This document shows positions 11,589-25,565 of a DNA stretch of 64,000 bases, in pieces (within the stretch, counting starts at the first letter, position 1; each line of letters starts with the position of its first letter). The stretch is from NCBI GenBank assembly GCA_041916775.1, contig JAYRYZ010000001.1, forward strand, positions 295,825-359,824, in the 5' to 3' direction. Under the pieces are notes generated by a model. That model had not been told where the DNA came from. It made no database searches and saw only the letters and a list, made by a program, of their open reading frames with translations. The translations under genes and the position numbers were made by a program. The DNA comes from Rhodocyclaceae bacterium (GTDB lineage: Bacteria; Pseudomonadota; Gammaproteobacteria; Burkholderiales; Rhodocyclaceae).

Positions 11589-12814
11589 GCATGCTTTCCG
11601 GACTCATTTCCCGCGGCGGGCGGTCGGCGCGCAACAGCCCCGAGGCGAGCCGCGCGGTCGAGCGCCTGATGCGGCCGGCGGATACCATTCGCGAACTCGA
11701 CCCGGTGGTGCTGTGGGCCGCGATCGGCCTACTGATGCTGGGCATGGTCATGGTGTTCTCTTCGTCGATCGCCATTGCCGAGGGCAGCCGCTTCACCCGC
11801 AACCAGCCGCACTTCTTCCTGATGCGCCACGCGATCTTCGTCGGCGTCGGCGTGGCGGCCGGATTGCTTGCGTTCCGAGTCACGATGCGCCAGTGGCAGC
11901 AGTATGCACCATGGCTTTTCCTCGGCGGTGTCGCGCTCTTGATCCTGGTGTTGGTGCCGGGCATCGGCAAGGAGGTCAATGGTGCACAACGCTGGCTCAA
12001 TCTCGGCCCGGTGAACCTGCAGCCGTCCGAGCTGATGAAGATCTTCGCCGTGCTTTATGCGGCCGACTATACCGCACGCAAGCTTCAGGACATGGGCAGC
12101 TTCGTACGCGGCTTTGTGCCGATGGCGGCGGTCATCCTGCTAGTGGGCTTCCTGCTGCTGAAGGAGCCGGATTTCGGTGCCTTCGTGGTGATCAGCTGCA
12201 TCGCTTTCGGCGTGCTCTTTCTCGGCGGCATCAACGTGCGGGTGTTTTCCTTGCTCGCCGTGGTGGCGGTGATCGGCTTCATCCTGCTGATCTGGCTGTC
12301 GCCCTATCGCCGCGACCGCATCTTCGGCTTCATGGATCCTTGGCAGGACGCCTACGGCAAGGGCTACCAACTCTCACACGCGCTGATCGCTTTCGGACGG
12401 GGGGAGTGGTTCGGCGTGGGACTCGGAGCGAGCGTCGAGAAGCTCTTCTACCTGCCCGAGGCGCACACCGACTTCCTGCTCGCGGTAATCGCCGAGGAAC
12501 TCGGCTTCGTCGGCGTGCTGACCGTGATCGTGCTGTTCGCGCTGCTGGTGCACCGCGCTTTCGCGATCGGACGTGAGGCCTTGAAGCTCGAGCGCTACTT
12601 CAGCGGATTGGTGGCGATGGGCATCGGCTTGTGGCTGGGTGTGCAGTCCTTCATCAACATGGGCGTGAACATGGGGCTGTTGCCGACCAAGGGCCTGACC
12701 TTGCCGCTGATGAGCTTCGGTGGCTCGGCCATCGTCGCCAACTGCCTGGCGCTCGCAATCTTGCTGCGGGTGGATTGGGAAGTGCGGCAAATGAAGCGTG
12801 GGGTCGCATCATGA
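11585..12814 (+). CDS. ftsW: peptidoglycan glycosyltransferase / lipid II flippase FtsW
   Basis: 409 aa SEDS-family polytopic membrane protein; dcw position; ATGA overlap with murD. Confidence 0.88.
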   Translation: MSMLSGLISRGGRSARNSPEASRAVERLMRPADTIRELDPVVLWAAIGLLMLGMVMVFSSSIAIAEGSRFTRNQPHFFLMRHAIFVGVGVAAGLLAFRVTMRQWQQYAPWLFLGGVALLILVLVPGIGKEVNGAQRWLNLGPVNLQPSELMKIFAVLYAADYTARKLQDMGSFVRGFVPMAAVILLVGFLLLKEPDFGAFVVISCIAFGVLFLGGINVRVFSLLAVVAVIGFILLIWLSPYRRDRIFGFMDPWQDAYGKGYQLSHALIAFGRGEWFGVGLGASVEKLFYLPEAHTDFLLAVIAEELGFVGVLTVIVLFALLVHRAFAIGREALKLERYFSGLVAMGIGLWLGVQSFINMGVNMGLLPTKGLTLPLMSFGGSAIVANCLALAILLRVDWEVRQMKRGVAS

Positions 12815-13881
12815 GGACCTTGATGGTGATGGCGGGCGGTACTGGTGGCCACATCTTCCCCGGGATCGCCGTCGCCGAGGTCCTGCGCGCACGCGGCTGG
12901 CGCATCGTATGGATGGGCAACGCGCAGGGCATGGAGGCGCGCCTCGTCCCGGGCTACGGTTACGAGACCGCCTGGGTGCGCTTCTCGGCGCTGCGCGGCA
13001 AGGGACTGCTGACCAAGCTGCTGCTGCCGTGGAACCTGCTGCGTGGTTTCTGGCAGGCGCTCGGCGCGCTGCGCCGGGTGCGCCCCGACGTGGTGCTGGG
13101 TATGGGCGGCTACGTGACCTTCCCCGGCGGCATGATGGCGAGCCTCATCGGCCGGCCGCTGGTGCTGCACGAGCAGAACTCGGTGGCGGGTCTCGCCAAC
13201 CGAGTACTCGCACGGGTGGCCGACCGTGTGTTGAGCGGTTTTCCCGAGGTGCTGCCGGCGGCACAGTGGGTGGGCAACCCGGTGCGTGCCGACATCGCCG
13301 CAATCGCGCCGCCCGCGGCGCGGTTCGAAGAACGCAGCGGGCCGCTACGCGTGCTCGTCGTTGGTGGAAGCCTGGGCGCCGCTGCACTGAACGAAGTCGT
13401 GCCGCGGGCGCTGGCGCGCATCCCGGTGGAGCAGCGTCCGCTGGTGACCCACCAGGCTGGTGCGAAACAGATCGAGGCGCTGCGCTCGGCCTATGCGGCG
13501 GCGGGCGTGGAGGGCGAACTGCTGCCCTTCATCGACGACATGGCGACGCGTTATGCCGAGGCCGACCTGGTGATCTGCCGCGCAGGCGCGCTGACCATCG
13601 CGGAGCTGGCAGCGGCGGGCGTGGCGAGCGTGCTCGTACCCTACCCGCACGCAGTGGACGACCACCAGAGCGGCAACGCGCGTTTCCTCTCGGAGCGCGG
13701 CGCGGCGCGGCTGATGCCGCAGCATGGATTGGATGCCGCGGCGCTTGCGGCACTCCTGATGGACTTGGACCGGCAGACCTTGCTGGGGATGGCGGAGAAG
13801 GCACGCGCGCTGTCGCGCGCCGACGCCGCCGAGGTGGTGGCGAGCGCCTGCGAGGCAGCTGCAGCCAAGGAAAGAGCATGA
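12811..13881 (+). CDS. murG: UDP-N-acetylglucosamine--N-acetylmuramyl-(pentapeptide) pyrophosphoryl-undecaprenol GlcNAc transferase
   Basis: 356 aa; [24 protein letters not shown]-terminus typical of MurG; ATGA overlap with ftsW. Confidence 0.9.
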   Translation: MRTLMVMAGGTGGHIFPGIAVAEVLRARGWRIVWMGNAQGMEARLVPGYGYETAWVRFSALRGKGLLTKLLLPWNLLRGFWQALGALRRVRPDVVLGMGGYVTFPGGMMASLIGRPLVLHEQNSVAGLANRVLARVADRVLSGFPEVLPAAQWVGNPVRADIAAIAPPAARFEERSGPLRVLVVGGSLGAAALNEVVPRALARIPVEQRPLVTHQAGAKQIEALRSAYAAAGVEGELLPFIDDMATRYAEADLVICRAGALTIAELAAAGVASVLVPYPHAVDDHQSGNARFLSERGAARLMPQHGLDAAALAALLMDLDRQTLLGMAEKARALSRADAAEVVASACEAAAAKERA

Positions 13882-15293
13882 AGCACAAGGTCAAGCACAT
13901 TCACTTTGTGGGCATCGGCGGTGCCGGCATGAGCGGTATTGCCGAGGTGCTGCTCACGCTCGGTTTCACCGTCAGCGGTTCGGATCTCGGCGACAACACC
14001 GCGACGCGGCGACTGAGGGCCCTCGGCGCGCGCGTGATCACCGGTCACGACGCGGCGAACATCGCCGGGGCGGATGCAGTCGTCACCTCCACTGCGGTGA
14101 AGAACGACAACCCCGAGGTGCAGGCCGCGCGTGGGCGCCATGTGCCGATCGTGCCGCGCGCTCAGATGCTGGCCGAGCTCATGCGACTCAAGCAGGGCAT
14201 TGCGATCGCCGGCACCCACGGCAAGACCACCACCACCTCGCTGGTGGCGAGCATACTCGCCGAGGGTGGGCTGGACCCGACCTTCGTGATCGGCGGGAAG
14301 CTCACCGCAGCCGGGGCGAACGCGCGGCTTGGCAAGGGCGATTTTCTGGTGGCCGAGGCGGACGAGTCGGACGCATCCTTCCTGCTCCTCAACCCGGTGA
14401 TCTCGGTGGTGACGAACATCGACGCGGATCACATGGACACCTACGGCCATGACTTCGCACGCCTCAAACAGGCCTTCATCGATTTCATCCAGCACCTGCC
14501 GTTCTATGGCGTCGCGGTGCTGTGCGAGGACGACCCGCACGTGGCCTCGATCATGCCGATGGTGTCGAAGCAGATCGTGCGCTACGGCCTGTCGCCGAAC
14601 GCCAACATCCGCGCCGAGAACGTGCGCGCAGAGGGCGGCCGCATGCTGTTCGACGCGGTGCGCGTGAATGGCACCACCACTCGCCTCCCGATTCAGCTCA
14701 ACTTGCCGGGCATGCACAACGTGCTGAACGCGCTTGCTGCGATCGCGGTGGCGACCGAGGTGCAGGTGCCGGATGAGTCCATCATCAAGGCGCTCGCCGA
14801 TTTCCGCGGCGTCGGGCGGCGCTTCCAGCGCTACGGCGAGATTCTGCTGGCACACGCCGACGGTAGCCCGCGCGGCAGCTTCACGTTGGTGGACGACTAC
14901 GGCCATCACCCAGTCGAGATGGCCGCGACGATCGCCGCGGCGCGCGGTGCCTTCCCCGGACGGCGATTGGTGCTGGCCTTCCAGCCGCACCGTTTCACGC
15001 GTACGCGCGACTGCTTCGAGGATTTCGTAAGGGTGCTCTCCGGGGTGGACGCGCTGTTGCTCGCCGAGGTGTATGCGGCAGGCGAGGCGCCCATCGTGGC
15101 GGCGGACGGCCGTGCGCTGGCGCGCGCGATTCGCCTCGCGGGCAAGGTCGAGCCGCTGTTCGTCGAGCACATCGACGAAATGCCACAGGCGATCCTCTCT
15201 GCTGCTCAGGATCGGGATGTCCTGATCACGATGGGTGCCGGTTCGATCGGTGCAGTGCCGGGCCGGATTGCGAATGCGGAGGATCAGGGGTGA
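13878..15293 (+). CDS. murC: UDP-N-acetylmuramate--L-alanine ligase
   Basis: 471 aa; [25 protein letters not shown] and [10 protein letters not shown] Mur ligase motifs. Confidence 0.9.
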   Translation: MKHKVKHIHFVGIGGAGMSGIAEVLLTLGFTVSGSDLGDNTATRRLRALGARVITGHDAANIAGADAVVTSTAVKNDNPEVQAARGRHVPIVPRAQMLAELMRLKQGIAIAGTHGKTTTTSLVASILAEGGLDPTFVIGGKLTAAGANARLGKGDFLVAEADESDASFLLLNPVISVVTNIDADHMDTYGHDFARLKQAFIDFIQHLPFYGVAVLCEDDPHVASIMPMVSKQIVRYGLSPNANIRAENVRAEGGRMLFDAVRVNGTTTRLPIQLNLPGMHNVLNALAAIAVATEVQVPDESIIKALADFRGVGRRFQRYGEILLAHADGSPRGSFTLVDDYGHHPVEMAATIAAARGAFPGRRLVLAFQPHRFTRTRDCFEDFVRVLSGVDALLLAEVYAAGEAPIVAADGRALARAIRLAGKVEPLFVEHIDEMPQAILSAAQDRDVLITMGAGSIGAVPGRIANAEDQG

Positions 15294-15301
15294 GTGGGGA
15301 T

Positions 15302-16213
15302 ATGAAGCGCTTCGGCAAGGTCGCGGTGCTGATGGGGGGCTCGTCCGCCGAGCGGGAGGTCTCGCTGATGTCGGGCGGTGCAGTGCTTGCTGCGTTGTGC
15401 GGCGCGGGTGTGGATGCGCATGCGTTCGATCCGGCCGAGCGCGATCTCGCAGCGCTCCGCTCCGATGGCTTCTCGTCCGCGTTCATCGTGCTGCACGGAC
15501 GCGGTGGCGAGGACGGCACCGTACAGGGGGCGCTGGAAGTGCTCGGCATCCCCTACACCGGCAGCGGCGTGATGGCCTCGGCGCTGGCGATGGACAAGTG
15601 GCGAACCAAGATGGTGTGGGCGGCTGCGGGCTTGCCGACGCCGCGCTACGCGATCCTCAGTGAGGGCAGTGACTGGGCTGCAATCGAGGCGGAGTTGGGC
15701 CTGCCGATTTTCGTCAAGCCGGCCCATGAGGGCTCCAGCATGGGGGCGACCAAGGTCACCCGCCATGGCGAGTTACAGGCCGCCTGGGCACTTGCGGCCC
15801 GTTACGACAACCTGGTGTTGGCCGAGGCCTTCATCGAAGGGGCAGAGCTCACCGCGCCCTTCATCGGCGATCGCGCTCTGCCGCTGGTGCGCATCGAGGC
15901 GCCGGACGGCAACTACGATTACCAGCACAAGTACTTCAGCGACGACACCCGCTATCTGTGCCCGAGCGGGCTCGACCCGGCCCTGGAGGCGCGCCTGCAG
16001 GAGATGGTGATGCAGAGCGCGCGCGTGCTCGGCTGCCGCGGCTGGGGTCGTGCGGACCTGATCCTGCAGCCGGACGGCAGCCCGTTCCTGCTGGAGATGA
16101 ACACCGCGCCCGGGATGACGGGGCACTCGCTCGTACCGATGTCGGCACGCGTAGCGGGCATGAGCTTCGAAGCGCTATGCCTCGCAATTCTGGAGGATGC
16201 GCGTCTTGGCTGA
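15302..16213 (+). CDS. ddl: D-alanine--D-alanine ligase
   Basis: [25 protein letters not shown] matches Ddl N-terminus; ATP-grasp; start taken at ATG 15302 (ORF listed from GTG 15290). Confidence 0.9.
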   Translation: MKRFGKVAVLMGGSSAEREVSLMSGGAVLAALCGAGVDAHAFDPAERDLAALRSDGFSSAFIVLHGRGGEDGTVQGALEVLGIPYTGSGVMASALAMDKWRTKMVWAAAGLPTPRYAILSEGSDWAAIEAELGLPIFVKPAHEGSSMGATKVTRHGELQAAWALAARYDNLVLAEAFIEGAELTAPFIGDRALPLVRIEAPDGNYDYQHKYFSDDTRYLCPSGLDPALEARLQEMVMQSARVLGCRGWGRADLILQPDGSPFLLEMNTAPGMTGHSLVPMSARVAGMSFEALCLAILEDARLG

Positions 16214-17030
16214 CATGCGCACGCCCCGACGCCTTGCTCCGGGGGTCGAGCCGCGCCCGCGGCGCGCCTCGCGTCCGACAGTCTGGGATCGGCCGGAGGT
16301 GCTGGATCTCCTGTCGGACCTGCTGCTGCTGTTCGCGGCGCTGGCGCTGGGGTATGCGCTCGTCGTGTGGTTCCTGACCCGGCCGTTCTTTCCGGTACGC
16401 GAGGTCACGGTGCTGACCCCGCCCGGACAGGTCACGACGGCGCAGATCGAGTTTGCCGCGCGCTCGGCGATCAAGGGCAACTTCTTCCTGCTCGATCTGG
16501 AAACCGTGCGGGGGACGTTCGAGAAGCTGCCCTGGGTGCGGCGCGCTGAGGTGCGCCGGCGTTGGCCGGACGCGCTGGAGCTGCGTCTGGAGGAGCATCA
16601 GGCGGTGGCGTACTGGAGCAGCAACGACGACGAGGCCGCGCATCTGGTGAATCGCCAGGGCGAGGTGTTCGTCGCGGCGAGCAACGCCAACCTGCCTGCA
16701 TTCACCGGTCCGCAAGGCTCCGCGCCTTACCTGCTGCAGCGCTTCGGTGTGTTCAACGAGGCGCTGTCCGCGCTCGGCAAGCGTGTCGTCGGCGTTCGCT
16801 TGTCGCCGCGCGAGGCCTGGCAACTGGAACTCGACGACGGGCTGGTGCTGGTGCTCGGGCGTGACCAGGAGAAGGCACCGCTGCAGGACAGGTTGGCCAG
16901 GTTCATCCGCGCCTGGCCGCAAACCATGGAACAGGTCGGCGTGCAGGTGGCGGTCGTCGATTTGCGTTATCAGGGCGGGTTCGCGCTGACTCCCGAACCG
17001 CCCAACCCGGAAGTGAAGGCCAAGCAATGA
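16197..17030 (+). CDS. ftsQ: cell division protein FtsQ
   Basis: 277 aa; N-terminal TM ([19 protein letters not shown]) then POTRA domain; exact start uncertain (16197 or 16215). Confidence 0.8.
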   Translation: MRVLADMRTPRRLAPGVEPRPRRASRPTVWDRPEVLDLLSDLLLLFAALALGYALVVWFLTRPFFPVREVTVLTPPGQVTTAQIEFAARSAIKGNFFLLDLETVRGTFEKLPWVRRAEVRRRWPDALELRLEEHQAVAYWSSNDDEAAHLVNRQGEVFVAASNANLPAFTGPQGSAPYLLQRFGVFNEALSALGKRVVGVRLSPREAWQLELDDGLVLVLGRDQEKAPLQDRLARFIRAWPQTMEQVGVQVAVVDLRYQGGFALTPEPPNPEVKAKQ

Positions 17031-18256
17031 GCAAGGATTACAAGGATCTGATCGTCGGTCTGGATATCGGCACCTCCAAGGTGACCTGCATGGTCGCGGA
17101 GGCCAAGCCCGATGGGCGGATGAACGTGGTCGGGCTGGCTTCGCATCCGATGAGCGGGCTCAAACGTGGCGTGGTGGTGAATATCGAAGCCACCGTGGAT
17201 GCGATCTCGCGCGTGATTCAGGAAGTGGAGTTGATGGCGAACTGCAAGGTTCGCGATGTGTATACCGGCATCGCCGGCAGCCACATCAAGAGCTTCAACT
17301 CCAACGGCATGGTGGCGATCAAGGAGAAGGAGGTGACCCCGACCGATGTCGAGCGGGTGATCGAGGTCGCGCGCGCGATGCCCATCCCGGCGGAGCAGCA
17401 GATCCTGCACATCCTCACCCAGGAGTTCATCATCGACGGGCAGGGCGGCGTACGCGAGCCGATCGGCATGAGCGGCGTGAAGCTGGAAGTGAAGGTGCAT
17501 ATCGTCACCGGCGCGGTCTCCGCCGCGCAGAACGTGGTGAAGTGCGTGCGCCGCTGCGGGCTCGAGGTGATGGACCTGATCCTGCAGCCGCTTGCGTCGA
17601 GCTACGCGGTGCTCACCGAGGACGAGAAGGATCTGGGCGTCTGCCTCGTCGATATCGGTGGCGGTACTGCGGACATCGCGGTGTTCACCCAGGGCGCGAT
17701 CCGCCACACCGCCGTGCTGCCGGTGGCAGGTGACCAGATCACCAACGACATCGCGATGGCGCTTCGCACACCTACCGCAGAGGCCGAGGAGATCAAGATC
17801 CACCGTGGCGTGGCAATGCACGCGCTGGCGGACCCCGAGGAGATGATCGAGGTGCCTGGCGTGGGCGACAGGCAGCCGCGTTCCCTGTCGCGGCAGCGGC
17901 TTGCGGACGTCATCGAGCCGCGTGTCTCGGAGTTGTTCGAGCTCGTTCAGGCGGAACTGCGTCGCAGCGGCTACGAGGAGTTGCTGTCGTCGGGCATCGT
18001 GCTCACCGGCGGCTCTTCGGTGATGCGCGGCATGGAGGAACTCGGCGAGGCGGTTTTCCACATGCCGGTCCGTGTGGGCTCGCCACAGTACGAAGGCAGC
18101 CTCGCGGATGTGGTCTGCCAGCCCTATTACGCGGCCGCCACCGGGCTCGTGATCGAGGGCATGGCACAGCGTCGGCGCGGCATCATGGCGCGCGAGACGC
18201 GCAGCGTCTGGCAGGTGTTCGGCAGGATGAAGTCATGGTTCGAGAGAAACTTCTGA
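17027..18256 (+). CDS. ftsA: cell division protein FtsA
   Basis: 409 aa actin-like ATPase; LIVGLDIGTSKV N-terminus; ATGA overlap with ftsQ. Confidence 0.92.
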   Translation: MSKDYKDLIVGLDIGTSKVTCMVAEAKPDGRMNVVGLASHPMSGLKRGVVVNIEATVDAISRVIQEVELMANCKVRDVYTGIAGSHIKSFNSNGMVAIKEKEVTPTDVERVIEVARAMPIPAEQQILHILTQEFIIDGQGGVREPIGMSGVKLEVKVHIVTGAVSAAQNVVKCVRRCGLEVMDLILQPLASSYAVLTEDEKDLGVCLVDIGGGTADIAVFTQGAIRHTAVLPVAGDQITNDIAMALRTPTAEAEEIKIHRGVAMHALADPEEMIEVPGVGDRQPRSLSRQRLADVIEPRVSELFELVQAELRRSGYEELLSSGIVLTGGSSVMRGMEELGEAVFHMPVRVGSPQYEGSLADVVCQPYYAAATGLVIEGMAQRRRGIMARETRSVWQVFGRMKSWFERNF

Positions 18257-18393
18257 GGCGATGACGGGCGGTTGACACAATATTTTATCGATGGCTGTTT
18301 CGAGCCTTTATTTAGTTGTAAACTTGCGCGCGACTACTAGATCTTGAGTGGTGGCGATCTGGCGAAGTGTGTGTTTTCGGGAGGCACTGACTG

Positions 18394-19536
18394 ATGTTCG
18401 AAATTATTGAAAAGGAACAGACCGGGACCGTGATCAAGGTCATCGGTGTGGGCGGCGCGGGTGGCAACGCGGTCGATCACATGATCCGCGAGGGTGTGCA
18501 GGGTGTCGACTTCGTCGTCGCCAACACCGACGCGCAGGCGTTGCGCCGCTGTCTCGCGGGTAACAAGGTGCAGCTGGGTGTGACCGGGCTGGGCGCCGGC
18601 TCCAAGCCGGAAGCCGGCCGTGCGGCTGCGCTCGAGTCGCGCGAGGCGCTCGCGGCGGCGCTGGAGGGGGCGCACATGTGCTTCATTACCGGCGGCATGG
18701 GTGGGGGCACCGGCACCGGTGCTGCGCCGGTGATCGCCGAGATCGCCAAGGAGATGGGCATCCTCACGGTTGCCGTGGTCACCAAGCCGTTCGACTTCGA
18801 GAATCGCCTGCGTGTGGCCGAGAGCGGTGTCGAGGAGCTGACCCAGCACGTGGATTCGCTGATCATCGTGTTGAACGACAAACTGCTCGAGGTGTTCGGC
18901 GATGACGCCGGCTTCGAGGACTGCTTCCGTTCCGCCGACAACGTGCTGAAGAGCGCCGTCGGCGGCATTGCCGAGATCATCAATGTTCCCGGTCTGGTGA
19001 ACGTCGACTTCCAGGACGTTCGCACCGCGATGGGCGAGATGGGCCGCGCGATGATGGGTTCCGCCGAAGCCGCCGGTCTCGACCGCGCGCGCATCGCCGC
19101 AGAGCAGGCGGCGGTGAGCCCGCTGCTGGAGGGCACCGAGCTTTCCGGTGCGCGCTGCGTGCTGATCAACATCACCGCCAGCCGCTCGCTCAAGATGTCG
19201 GAAGTGCGCGACGCGGTGAAGACGGTGCAGGCCTTTGCGGCGCCGGAAGCCTTCGTCAAGTACGGCACGGTGTTCGATGAGTCGATGGAGGATCGTGTTC
19301 GCGTCACCGTGGTCGCCACGGGCTTGGGCATGCCGCGTGCCGCCTCGCTCGAGAAGCCGGTGATGCAGGTGGTGAAGGGCACCGGCACCTACGGACCGAC
19401 GATCGGTGCGATGAGCAACGACCTCGACATCCCGGCGGTGATCCGGCAGGGTCGTCGCACCACGGTCGAGGCGATGAGCGCCAACGGCATGGGCACCTAC
19501 GACATCCCGGCCTTCCTGCGCAAGCAGGCGGACTGA
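18394..19536 (+). CDS. ftsZ: cell division GTPase FtsZ
   Basis: 380 aa; GVGGAGGNAV and tubulin signature GGGTGTG; GGGAGG RBS. Confidence 0.95.
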   Translation: MFEIIEKEQTGTVIKVIGVGGAGGNAVDHMIREGVQGVDFVVANTDAQALRRCLAGNKVQLGVTGLGAGSKPEAGRAAALESREALAAALEGAHMCFITGGMGGGTGTGAAPVIAEIAKEMGILTVAVVTKPFDFENRLRVAESGVEELTQHVDSLIIVLNDKLLEVFGDDAGFEDCFRSADNVLKSAVGGIAEIINVPGLVNVDFQDVRTAMGEMGRAMMGSAEAAGLDRARIAAEQAAVSPLLEGTELSGARCVLINITASRSLKMSEVRDAVKTVQAFAAPEAFVKYGTVFDESMEDRVRVTVVATGLGMPRAASLEKPVMQVVKGTGTYGPTIGAMSNDLDIPAVIRQGRRTTVEAMSANGMGTYDIPAFLRKQAD

Positions 19537-19699
19537 GCGTCGAATCGATCGGGCGGTGAGCAACGCACCGGGCCACGCCTCCGGCCCGGGCGCTTCCGCG
19601 TCGCCAGCGCGGCCGCCCGATAGATCTTTTGTATCAAAGCGGTAGCAAGAGCCGCTTGCCCTGCCGTGGTACCATCCAGGCTGTCACCAGGATGTCACG

Positions 19700-20635
19700 A
19701 TGATCAGGCAGCGCACCCTCAAATCCATAGTCAAGGCAACCGGCGTCGGCCTCCACGGCGGGCAGAAGGTGCAACTCGTGCTGCGTCCGGCCGCACCGGA
19801 TACCGGCATCGTTTTTCATCGCGTCGATCTGGATCCCGTCGTCTCCCTGCCCGCGGACCCCTACTCGGTGTGCGATACACGCATGTGCTCCGGCCTGCAG
19901 TCGGGTGGCGTCAAGGTGGGTACGGTGGAGCACCTGATGTCGGCGCTCGCTGGCCTCGGCATCGACAACCTTCATGTGGATGTGGATGCAGCCGAGATCC
20001 CCATTCTCGACGGCAGCGCGTCGCCCTTCGTGTTCCTGCTGCGCTCGGCCGGCATCGTCGAGCAACCGCTCGCAAAGCGCTTCCTGCGGGTGAAGAAGCC
20101 GGTCGAGTTTCGCGATGGTGACAAGTGGGTGCGGCTCGAGCCGCACGATGGCTTCATGCTCGACTTCTCCATCGTGTTCAACCACCCCGCAATCGACAGC
20201 ACCTCGACCCGGGTGCGCATCGATTTCTCCGAGCATTCCTATGAGCGCGACGTCGCGCGCGCGCGCACCTTCGGCTTCATGCAGGATGTGGAGTTCATGC
20301 GCGCCAACGGGCTCGCGCTCGGCGGCAGCCTCGACAACGCGATCGTCATGGATGAGTACCGCGTGCTCAACAGCGAGGGTCTGCGCTACGCCGACGAGTT
20401 CGTGAAGCACAAAGTGCTGGATGCGATCGGTGATCTCTATCTGTGCGGCCATCCACTGCTCGCAGCCTACTCCGCGCACAAGGCGGGACACGCGATGAAC
20501 AACGAGGTCTTGCGTGCCCTGCTCTCCGACCAGGAGGCCTGGGAGTACGTCAGCTTCGATGCGCAAGCCGTAACGCCCGTCTCGGTTGCCCATCAGTTCC
20601 TGCTGCATGCCGCGCCGGAAAGTCGTCCGTGCTGA
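19700..20635 (+). CDS. lpxC: UDP-3-O-acyl-N-acetylglucosamine deacetylase
   Basis: 311 aa; [21 protein letters not shown]; HKxLD and zinc-binding residues conserved; AGGA RBS. Confidence 0.92.
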   Translation: MIRQRTLKSIVKATGVGLHGGQKVQLVLRPAAPDTGIVFHRVDLDPVVSLPADPYSVCDTRMCSGLQSGGVKVGTVEHLMSALAGLGIDNLHVDVDAAEIPILDGSASPFVFLLRSAGIVEQPLAKRFLRVKKPVEFRDGDKWVRLEPHDGFMLDFSIVFNHPAIDSTSTRVRIDFSEHSYERDVARARTFGFMQDVEFMRANGLALGGSLDNAIVMDEYRVLNSEGLRYADEFVKHKVLDAIGDLYLCGHPLLAAYSAHKAGHAMNNEVLRALLSDQEAWEYVSFDAQAVTPVSVAHQFLLHAAPESRPC

Positions 20636-20814
20636 TCGTCCGCGTCCTGGCCGTGCTGGCCTTGCTTGGTATCGGTGGGGCCGTGATTGCATGGCTGATG
20701 ACGGGTGATCGGCGCTTCCTGAGGTGGGCGCTGCGCGCATTCCAGGCCCTGCTCGTCGTTGTGTTCGGTTTTCTGGCGTTACTCTTCATCGAGCGCGCGC
20801 TGATCGCGATCTGA
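20629..20814 (+). CDS. small hypothetical membrane protein (two hydrophobic helices), GTG start overlapping lpxC stop
   Basis: in-frame GTG at 20629 overlapping lpxC TGA; product about 61 aa [24 protein letters not shown]...[14 protein letters not shown]; weak, could be non-coding. Confidence 0.35.
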   Translation: MLIVRVLAVLALLGIGGAVIAWLMTGDRRFLRWALRAFQALLVVVFGFLALLFIERALIAI

Positions 20815-20828
20815 ACCTGTTTTGCCGC

Positions 20829-21263
20829 TCAGCGCCTGCGGCTGCGCTCGATCAGGCGCTGCAGCGATTCCCGCAGTGGTGCGTCGGCCGGCAGCGAGGC
20901 GGCGAGTCCTGCGAGCGCGTCCTGAGCTGCCGCAGGAATGCTGCGCACCGGCGGAGCCTCGCGTGCTGGTGGGTCGTACGCGACCCGCACCCTGACCTGA
21001 ATCTCTCCCACCGCGAAGCCCTGCTGTTGCAACTGCTGCAACAGCGTCGGCGCCATCTGTTTGATCCGCGCAGCACCCGCCCCATTGCGGGCGAGCAGGA
21101 TGAGTTTGTCAGACTTCAGGTTGGCAACGTCGCAACTCCCCGCCAACCCCTCGGGCAGCAGGCGCGCCAAGGCCTGCTGGAGGCGAACCAGCCGCTGTGC
21201 GTGAGCTTGAAGGCGCTCGAGTGCATCGCCGCTACCGAGAAAGCGGTAAAGGGGTTGGCTCAT
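20829..21263 (-). CDS. dciA: DUF721 / DciA-like protein (putative replicative helicase loader)
   Basis: 145 aa from internal Met ([10 protein letters not shown]...); conserved position between lpxC and secA in betaproteobacteria; divergent from secA. Confidence 0.55.
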   Translation of the reverse strand: MSQPLYRFLGSGDALERLQAHAQRLVRLQQALARLLPEGLAGSCDVANLKSDKLILLARNGAGAARIKQMAPTLLQQLQQQGFAVGEIQVRVRVAYDPPAREAPPVRSIPAAAQDALAGLAASLPADAPLRESLQRLIERSRRR

Positions 21264-21469
21264 CGTTGAAGGTGTCGCTGAAGCAGGGGGGCGTATGCGG
21301 ATGGAAGCACGTCGGATCGCAAGGAGCAAGTCCCGCGCTGTTGCAAGGTGTCGCCCGCTCGCGTCGGGGAGCAGACGCGCGAATTGCCCTCCGCACATCG
21401 CGCCCGGTTAGGGGCATCGTCGGTGGCGTGCTAGAATCGCGCATTTGCCGTATCGACCTGACCAAACAC

Positions 21470-24184
<2,715 letters not shown>

Positions 24185-24322
24185 GCCCCACCACGGTGCG
24201 CGCCGACGCTGTCGGTACGCACCTGGCAGGGCACGGACTACGCCGATCCCTTGCCTCCAGCCTCTCCGGGCGCTGCTACAATTCGGGTCCGTTCAAGTTT
24301 CCAACCGAATCTGGAGTCTCGC

Positions 24323-25561
24323 ATGCCCGTGAATTACGCCACCCCCGCTCCGTCCGAACTCTTTCCGGTCGCCGGGGTGCGACTCGGCGTCGCCGAGGCA
24401 GGCATCCGCAAGCTCAATCGCCGCGATCTCACGCTCATCGAGCTCGCCGAGGGCAGCCGTGTTGCCGGCGTGTTCACGCTCAACCGCTTCTGTGCCGCGC
24501 CGGTGCAGGTGTGCCGTGCGCATCTGCCGCAGGGCAAGGTGCGCGCGCTGGTGATCAATACCGGGGTCGCGAACGCTGGCACGGGTGAGCCGGGGCTTGC
24601 GAACGCGCTTGCCACCTGTGCGGCTGTCGGCAATCTCATCGGCATCCCGGCCGAGGCGGTGCTGCCGTTCTCCACCGGCGTCATCCTCGAACCTCTTCCT
24701 GTCGATCGCCTCATCGCCGGCTTGCCCGCCGCGCATGCCAATCTCGCTGCAGACGGCTGGCACGCCGCGGCGCACGGCATCATGACCACCGACACGGTGG
24801 CCAAGGCGGTGTCGCGTCAGATCGAGCTGGATGGTCGCACCATCACCATCACCGGCATCAGCAAGGGCGCCGGCATGATCAAGCCGAACATGGCGACCAT
24901 GCTCGGCTTCCTCGCCACCGACGCCTGCGTGTCGCAAGCGCTGCTCGACGGTTTGACCAAGGAAGCAGCAGATCTGTCCTTCAACAGCATCACCATCGAC
25001 GGTGATACCTCCACCAACGACTCCTTCATCGTCATCGCCACCGGCGCCGCCGGCAATGCCGAGATCGCGGATCAAGCCTCCGAGGCCTTCAAGGTGTTGC
25101 GCGAGGCGGTCATCGATGTGTCGGTGAGGCTCGCGCAGGCCATCGTGCGCGACGGCGAGGGCGCGACCAAGTTCATGACCGTCGCGGTGGAAGGCGGCAG
25201 AACGCGCGAGGAGTGCCGCAAGGTGGCGTATGCGATCGGCCATTCGCCGCTGGTCAAGACCGCCTTCTTCGCTTCCGACCCCAACCTCGGGCGCATCCTC
25301 GCCGCGATCGGCTATGCCGGTATCGACGACCTCGACAGCGCCGCGCTGCGCGTGTGGCTTGCGAACGATGCCGAGTCGGTGCTGGTCGCCGAAAAGGGTG
25401 GCCGCGCCGCGAGCTATCAGGAGGAAGCCGGCGCCCGCGTGATGAAGGGGGCCGAGATCACCATCCGCGTCGACCTCGCCCGCGGCGATGCGGCGGCAAC
25501 CGTGTGGACCTGCGATTTCTCGTACGACTATGTGAAGATCAACGCGGATTACCGGTCGTGA
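24323..25561 (+). CDS. argJ: bifunctional glutamate N-acetyltransferase / amino-acid acetyltransferase ArgJ
   Basis: 412 aa; autoproteolytic ATML site ([15 protein letters not shown]) and overall ArgJ architecture; GGAG RBS. Confidence 0.9.
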   Translation: MPVNYATPAPSELFPVAGVRLGVAEAGIRKLNRRDLTLIELAEGSRVAGVFTLNRFCAAPVQVCRAHLPQGKVRALVINTGVANAGTGEPGLANALATCAAVGNLIGIPAEAVLPFSTGVILEPLPVDRLIAGLPAAHANLAADGWHAAAHGIMTTDTVAKAVSRQIELDGRTITITGISKGAGMIKPNMATMLGFLATDACVSQALLDGLTKEAADLSFNSITIDGDTSTNDSFIVIATGAAGNAEIADQASEAFKVLREAVIDVSVRLAQAIVRDGEGATKFMTVAVEGGRTREECRKVAYAIGHSPLVKTAFFASDPNLGRILAAIGYAGIDDLDSAALRVWLANDAESVLVAEKGGRAASYQEEAGARVMKGAEITIRVDLARGDAAATVWTCDFSYDYVKINADYRS

Positions 25562-25565
25562 TCGA

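Noticed and set aside
15936-18061. Two 363-aa minus-strand ORFs (15936..17027 and 16970..18061)
   Set aside because: Antisense to ftsQ and ftsA within the tightly packed dcw operon; shadow ORFs.
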